DNA of 49,335 nucleotides from Candidatus Yanofskybacteria bacterium RIFCSPLOWO2_01_FULL_49_17. GTDB lineage: Bacteria > Patescibacteriota > Minisyncoccia > 2-02-FULL-40-12 > GWA2-44-9. The translations under genes were made by a program, and so were the position numbers. Location: the NCBI GenBank assembly GCA_001795695.1, contig MGKO01000008.1, forward strand, positions 1,825 to 51,159, read 5' to 3'. Under the pieces are notes generated by a model. It made no database searches. It was not told where the DNA came from and saw nothing but the letters and a program-made list of their open reading frames with translations. Positions within the stretch are counted from its first letter, which is position 1. Each line of letters starts with the position of its first letter. Positions 44,508 to 49,335 of this stretch are shown here, piece after piece.

Positions 44508-45833
44508 CTACAGATTCTTCTCTATTTCGGCGGCCAGGCGCTGGACGGAGTTGGCGTAATTGACGCAAGCCGAGCTGGTGCTATTGGCACTGCCGCAATA
44601 ATAACGCTTGGAAGCGGCTATCTCGCCGGCCCTGGTCTGGCTGGAGGCGCCATCCCGGGCAAGCTTAGAGGCGGCGGCCACGAAAGCATCTTCCATGTTC
44701 CAGGGATTGGCCGGCCGACGGCCGGTTATGCGCGAGACCTCATCTCGGTATCCCATCCAGGTGGACGGTATGAATTGGGCGGCGCCCATGGCGCCGCCCC
44801 AGCCCTGGCCGCAGGATATGGGGGTCTGGAACGGGTCTTTGCTTAATTCCGCGGTAATGCTCAAGAACAAAGGCAGGTCCCTGGTCGGATGGATGCCTTT
44901 GGTGTATATCTGGCCGTTGGTGACGCGGCGCGTAGCGCCGCTGGTCATGTTCACGATATAGCATTTACCGACATTGGCGCCCAGGGCGCTTTCTTGCTCA
45001 AGCTCGGCCAAAAGGAACGCCGGCCTGATGCCCGCTCCGATGGCGGCCAGTTGTCCGTATTTGACGGCCTCCTCGGCGGAGATGCCGTACTGCAAAAGAT
45101 ACGAGATCTGGGCTCGGATGGCCTCAATGTCCCTCTGATTTTTTTTGACCAGCTCTTGGTATCTTGATTCTTGACCTCTAGTGTCTTTGAGCAATCTGTC
45201 TTTTTTGGCCTTTATCTGGTCAGCGGACCTTTTCTCTATGGTCGTCAGAGTCTGCTGTCTGGCCAGTTCCGTCTTGCGGTCCTCCAGGTCTTGTTTTTTC
45301 TGCTCAAGGTCTGTCTTGAACTCGGTCAGATTATTGATGGCGACTTTAAGTTCATCCTGAATGGTCTTGACGCTGTTCAATTCATTGAAAAAATCCGACA
45401 AGGTGTCGTTCTTTATCAAAATACTGGTCAAACTCTCCTGGTCGTTCTGGTAGATAATGCGCAGATACTGGCCCAACGACTCCTGACCTTTGCCTATCTT
45501 GCGTTCGGCCTCGGCTATCTTCGCTTGGGTGTCGTTTATCTGAAGATTGGTGTTGCTGATGGACAGGGCCAAACTCCTCAATTCCAGGTTTATCTGGTTT
45601 ATCTGGGCGGTTAAGTTGCTTATCTCGCCCTGCAAGGTCTGGGCCTGGCCATGATAACTGTTTATCTGCTGCTGATATTGGTCAATCTGGCGTTGCAACT
45701 CCTGAATTTGGGCGGTTCGTTCAGAAATCTCACTCGCCGTATCGGCAATAGCTCGCGTTATTGGCACAGAAAAAGAACCAGCCAACAATGCCGATATGAT
45801 AATAATCCATAAGAATTTACGGGACCTGCTCAC
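44508..45833 (-). CDS. coiled-coil protein with C-terminal lytic murein transglycosylase-like domain
   Basis: 441 aa with a signal/anchor and ~230 aa of heptad-rich coiled coil. The C-terminal GWGGAMGAAQFIPSTWMGY matches the MltB/SLT-2 type signature. Confidence 0.7.
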   Translation of the reverse strand: MSRSRKFLWIIIISALLAGSFSVPITRAIADTASEISERTAQIQELQRQIDQYQQQINSYHGQAQTLQGEISNLTAQINQINLELRSLALSISNTNLQINDTQAKIAEAERKIGKGQESLGQYLRIIYQNDQESLTSILIKNDTLSDFFNELNSVKTIQDELKVAINNLTEFKTDLEQKKQDLEDRKTELARQQTLTTIEKRSADQIKAKKDRLLKDTRGQESRYQELVKKNQRDIEAIRAQISYLLQYGISAEEAVKYGQLAAIGAGIRPAFLLAELEQESALGANVGKCYIVNMTSGATRRVTNGQIYTKGIHPTRDLPLFLSITAELSKDPFQTPISCGQGWGGAMGAAQFIPSTWMGYRDEVSRITGRRPANPWNMEDAFVAAASKLARDGASSQTRAGEIAASKRYYCGSANSTSSACVNYANSVQRLAAEIEKNL

Positions 45834-45918
45834 TTTGAATGATTATAGCATACGCGAGGCATATCCACTGACGAACTATGGCCTCATTTAATACATAAGC
45901 TATAATTACAATTAACGT

Positions 45919-48000
45919 ATGAGAAAACGAATAGTTATAGGCGCCTTGCTTACGATAGCGACGCTTTTCGGTTTCCAAAATTTATCATCAGCCGCTACCG
46001 GTTATGGCCTACCATGTCCAGGTGGAGGTCCCGACTACCGAGATCGTATGACTGGAAAGATACCTGTCAGAATTGTGCGTTTAGATGATGTGGAGAACGG
46101 TGGCGGAGAAGCAATACGAGCATATGTCGGATTTGATGCAATGTATTTGGCCCAGTGTATAGACCCAAGCACTCCAGGAGCTTTACAAGCTCTTTTTGAC
46201 GCTCTCACCGCCGATGTAAATAGCGGGGTAATCACTCAATGCGATGATTTTACTTTTGACGCCGATGGCAATCTGCAATTTTGCGCCAATGACGCCGACT
46301 CTTACTTTTCAACAAAAAACGGAAACTGGTCCTGGGACACTTACGAAACCGGTCCCCCGCCGCCAGGCGGAGGCACGCCGCCGGGCGGAGGCGGCACTGA
46401 CCCAGGCGCCGGCGTAATACCACCCGTCGGGCCCGGTTCGGAAGTTAACGCCCTGCCCGGTCTTCTGGGTGACATGGCCTACAGCACAATCAGCAACCTT
46501 TGGCTGGTAACTGCTGAACAAGGCGGAGATATTTTCGGGCAGATGATGAATGAGAGGAACAAGCCGGTCGGGTCTTCGGTAAAGATAGCGGCAAGAGGGT
46601 TAGGACCCAAAGTCGCCTATAGCCCGATAGCTAAAAAATTCCTGGTTGTTTGGCAACCGGCCGATAAAGGTCCGGTGGCCGGTCAATTCCTCGATGATAA
46701 CGGCAAGCTGATAGGTTCCAATTTTGATATAGCCAAGGGAGATAATGCGGAGTTCAGGCCAAGAGGGCGTAACTCCACCATGAAGTATGACGAAAAGAAC
46801 AAGCGTTTTGTCCTGGTCTGGGCCGAGTCCGGCTCCGCCCGTTTGGTCACATTGGATGATACCGGTAAGTTGGATAAAAATGTGCTTATCAAAAGTAGTG
46901 GAGCCCAAATTTTATGGCCCGATGTTGCCGTTAATCCGGATAAAAATGAGTACTGCGTGGCCTATCAATCCGCCGGCAATACCACCAATAAAATAGCGGT
47001 CGTACCGGTAAGTGCTCTCACTGGAGAGGTTGGACAAGAATCATTCATTGCTGACGAAAACGATAGTTCAAACGGCCGCGGCATCGGATATAGTCCTATC
47101 TCAAAAAGCTATCTGGTCCTTTATGATGACAAAAGCGGAGCCAATACCCAATTCCAAATACTTGATCAATGCGTGGCAGATCCTGAAAACTCGGAACCTT
47201 ACCCTCTCGCGGAAGATAACGGCAATTGGGCCATGATGTCGTATAATCCGACATCTGACACATACGGCATCGCCACTCAAAGTCAAAGCGACCAGAACAA
47301 ATTCTATGTGATCGAGGCCGGCACGGGAAACACGGTTAGTGGGGCAACTTACACATTGTTCACCGGAGGGAGCGTCGGCAATTTCTTCCCCATCATCCAG
47401 CCCAATCCGGCCACCGGCACTTTCGCCGCCATCTCAAGCGAAGACTGGGTCAGGATAAAATTCATTTCCGGACTGGGCATGCTCGGCGCGGCGCCCTTCC
47501 CACAACAGCTACCCGGTCCTCAAAACCTGAATGTGCCTAGCGAGGGTCTCCCGACCGACCTGGGCCAGTTCATCGGAGCGATATTCTTGTGGTCCTTGCG
47601 ACTGATTGGTTTGGTCATCTTCATCCGCTTTTTCTGGGCCGGATTCCTATGGTTCACCGCCGCCGGCAATTCCGGCCGCATAAGCCGGGCCAAGGATATA
47701 ATGAGAAACGCCGCTCTGGGCGCGCTGGTGCTTTTCTCGGCCTACGTCATCCTTTATTCCATCAATCCGGACCTGATCAGAGGCACTCTAAATCTGCCGG
47801 GCATATCCACCACTGCTCCTCCGTCAACAACGACAACAGCCATTACTTGTAACAATAGCGTTTGCAGTAATGGAATTGTCGGACCATGCAGAAATGATGT
47901 GGACTGCGGAGCGCCGATATCCTGCAACAACGGAGTTTGTAATAATGGGTTCGTCGGCCCGTGCCAAACTACCGCTCAATGCGGCACCGACAGCCAATAA
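45919..48000 (+). CDS. large secreted protein: repeat (propeller-like) ectodomain fused to a two-TM pilin-like module and a duplicated Cys-rich tail
   Basis: 693 aa with a signal peptide and at least 6 repeats of the type Y/N-S/N-P..K.F/YLVVW. The two-TM segment FIGAIFLWSLRLIGLVIFIRFFWAGFLWFTAAGNSGRISRAKDIMRNAALGALVLFSAYVILYSI resembles the small T4SS/TrbC-like pilins common in CPR genomes. The tail is CNNSVCSNGIVGPCRNDVDCG / CNNGVCNNGFVGPCQTTAQCG. Confidence 0.7.
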   Translation: MRKRIVIGALLTIATLFGFQNLSSAATGYGLPCPGGGPDYRDRMTGKIPVRIVRLDDVENGGGEAIRAYVGFDAMYLAQCIDPSTPGALQALFDALTADVNSGVITQCDDFTFDADGNLQFCANDADSYFSTKNGNWSWDTYETGPPPPGGGTPPGGGGTDPGAGVIPPVGPGSEVNALPGLLGDMAYSTISNLWLVTAEQGGDIFGQMMNERNKPVGSSVKIAARGLGPKVAYSPIAKKFLVVWQPADKGPVAGQFLDDNGKLIGSNFDIAKGDNAEFRPRGRNSTMKYDEKNKRFVLVWAESGSARLVTLDDTGKLDKNVLIKSSGAQILWPDVAVNPDKNEYCVAYQSAGNTTNKIAVVPVSALTGEVGQESFIADENDSSNGRGIGYSPISKSYLVLYDDKSGANTQFQILDQCVADPENSEPYPLAEDNGNWAMMSYNPTSDTYGIATQSQSDQNKFYVIEAGTGNTVSGATYTLFTGGSVGNFFPIIQPNPATGTFAAISSEDWVRIKFISGLGMLGAAPFPQQLPGPQNLNVPSEGLPTDLGQFIGAIFLWSLRLIGLVIFIRFFWAGFLWFTAAGNSGRISRAKDIMRNAALGALVLFSAYVILYSINPDLIRGTLNLPGISTTAPPSTTTTAITCNNSVCSNGIVGPCRNDVDCGAPISCNNGVCNNGFVGPCQTTAQCGTDSQ

Positions 48001-48984
48001 TCAGAGAGATTTTTTGAATTCCTCAATAGACGGCGTTGATATCGGATCGACACCGGCTTTTTCGGCCAGTGCTAATGCTGTCCAGTGCGCTAAAATAACA
48101 GACGAAACCACAGCCAACAAGGGTGCCCCTTGTACAAGGGGCACCCTTGTAACCGAAATGCCCTTTTGGTTGTAAAGTTCTGATATTTTATCTATTCCCT
48201 TAGCCAAACGCTCATCTCCATCATCTAATATTAAACAACGGAAACTAGTTAATAATTGCTTTGAATCCAAAAAGCCAGCCATTTCGTTATGATTCAGTTC
48301 GGGGAATCGATTAAAGAACGCGGGGACTTTCGCCGTTTCGTTCAGGATGACCTTCCAAGCGTAACCTAGCTCCTTTTTACTTTCTGGCGCGTATATCAAA
48401 GGAATGCCACCGGAAAGGTGCTCGGCCAGCTCTTGGCCCCTGCTTTCCAGTTTTGCGGCATCTATACCGGCACAGGCGGCCATTTCGCCGCCTTCAGCTC
48501 CAACCAATGCCATAAGGGCGACAAGGTCATAGCCCACAGCCAGACGTGACGGGATGTCCCCGCCCGGAATGATAATGTGCGGAAGCTGATTTTCCTCCGC
48601 CATTTTTATCAGCTCTCCGCCCGATGCCACCACGGCCAGGGTGTAGTCCTTGGAAACGGCCTCTCTGGCCGCGGATACGGTTTCACCGGTGTTCCCGGAA
48701 TACGAATTGGCGATTACCAATGCATCTCTTAAAACTCCTTCGCCAAGGTCAGGCAGTCCGTAATCAGAATGAATATGAATATTTTTCCTTGGCCAGTGCA
48801 TTTTTAGAATATCCGGCGCTAGTCGGGAGCCGCCCATGCCAGCAATGACAATCCTTTTAAAACCAGAAGAGAACAGATGGCCTACAAAAAGTCCTCGGGG
48901 CTTGGGCCTGATGTGCTCGCCCGACATTTTGGGTTGCCAGGAGAATTGCTTGGGCAGATCGAGGATAAGTTCGCGGTAAGACAT
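48001..48984 (-). CDS. SIS-domain bifunctional phosphoglucose/phosphomannose isomerase-type protein
   Basis: 327 aa with IAGMGGS and ANSYSGNTGET SIS motifs and two SIS halves. Confidence 0.8.
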   Translation of the reverse strand: MSYRELILDLPKQFSWQPKMSGEHIRPKPRGLFVGHLFSSGFKRIVIAGMGGSRLAPDILKMHWPRKNIHIHSDYGLPDLGEGVLRDALVIANSYSGNTGETVSAAREAVSKDYTLAVVASGGELIKMAEENQLPHIIIPGGDIPSRLAVGYDLVALMALVGAEGGEMAACAGIDAAKLESRGQELAEHLSGGIPLIYAPESKKELGYAWKVILNETAKVPAFFNRFPELNHNEMAGFLDSKQLLTSFRCLILDDGDERLAKGIDKISELYNQKGISVTRVPLVQGAPLLAVVSSVILAHWTALALAEKAGVDPISTPSIEEFKKSL

Positions 48985-49002
48985 GAGCTAATTATAGTTT
49001 AA

Positions 49003-49038
49003 ATAAATAAGCTCCGGCAATAGCCGGAGCTTATTTAT
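49003..49038. terminator. terminator hairpin after the DUF378 gene
   Basis: ATAAATAAGCTCCGGC-AATA-GCCGGAGCTTATTTAT, a 16-bp perfect stem. Confidence 0.65.
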
Positions 49039-49047
49039 CATCAAACT

Positions 49048-49233
49048 TTAACCTCTCTTGTTGAAAACGAGGTATAGGGCCGACAAACCGACTAAGTCGT
49101 AGATGACGTTGGTCAAGGTTGAACCGCTCCCGAATATGCGGGCAACCACGTCATATCCGAAGAAACCAACCAGTCCCCAGTTCAAGCCGCCGATAACAAG
49201 CAAAACCCAAGCCAGCTTTCCTAGTCCTTTCAT
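49048..49233 (-). CDS. DUF378-family small membrane protein
   Basis: KGLGKLAWVLLVIGGLNWGLVGFFGYDVVARIFG..LSALY is the typical DUF378 two-helix pattern. The start is uncertain (ATG 49233 or GTG 49245). Confidence 0.75.
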   Translation of the reverse strand: MKGLGKLAWVLLVIGGLNWGLVGFFGYDVVARIFGSGSTLTNVIYDLVGLSALYLVFNKRG

Positions 49234-49335
49234 TATGTCCCACACCCCCCTTCGGTCCAGAGATATCCTCTCATGGTGTTGATACTATTATATCTCTAAA
49301 AGCAAAATGACTTATACACACCCCGCCCGTAATGG

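Noticed and set aside
44253-44846. 197-aa plus-strand ORF spanning the junction of the two hydrolase-like genes.
   Set aside because: It is antisense to both flanking CDSs, Gly/Ala/Pro/Arg-rich and has no RBS. The minus-strand genes have signal peptides and recognisable motifs.

Overview
The window looks like a chromosomal segment of a small-genome bacterium, probably Candidate Phyla Radiation/Patescibacteria-like. That placement is inference from compact housekeeping genes, cohesin-like and CPR-type pilin-like protein families and N-terminally extended S9/S11; it is not proven. Gene order: a surface-protein operon with one dockerin-like and two cohesin-like proteins (453-4238); a PolB-exo-like 3'-5' exonuclease; typA; rpmA; rplI; an S41 protease; and a cell-envelope glycan locus (10676-18291) followed by mreB. 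Next comes an r-protein operon on the minus strand (infA-rpmJ-rpsM-rpsK-rpsD-rpoA-rplQ-rplM-rpsI, 24847 down to 20466). After it lie a 572-aa membrane protein, dus, a compact alaS, a UvrD-type helicase fused to a Cas4/AddB-like nuclease, obg, and an ABC-2 exporter pair. The rest holds four tRNAs (His, Arg, Pro, Gly), a rarA 5' remnant, hup, rny, gpmI, mnmA, two peptidoglycan-hydrolase-like genes, a 693-aa propeller/pilin-like fusion, a PGI/PMI-type SIS isomerase and a DUF378 gene. I saw no rRNA, CRISPR array, transposase, integrase or recognisable defence operon. The most interesting signals are non-protein. (1) A ~630-nt ORF-free stretch (25011-25640) holds four tandem hairpin-terminated sRNA-like units, each with the heptamer ACCAYGG abutting its hairpin. 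(2) Several families of short palindromic repeats sit in-frame inside coding genes (SNSRELE-coding palindromes in three glycan genes, two elements inside mnmA with intergenic twins, one in dus). (3) Two convergent gene pairs end inside one palindrome and so carry identical C-terminal peptides. (4) Structured leaders or spacers lie upstream of rpmA, rpsD and mreB, and repeated AGCT/CTAG-rich spacers without Shine-Dalgarno motifs separate the r-protein genes. All homology calls are by-eye motif recognition; no database search was run.
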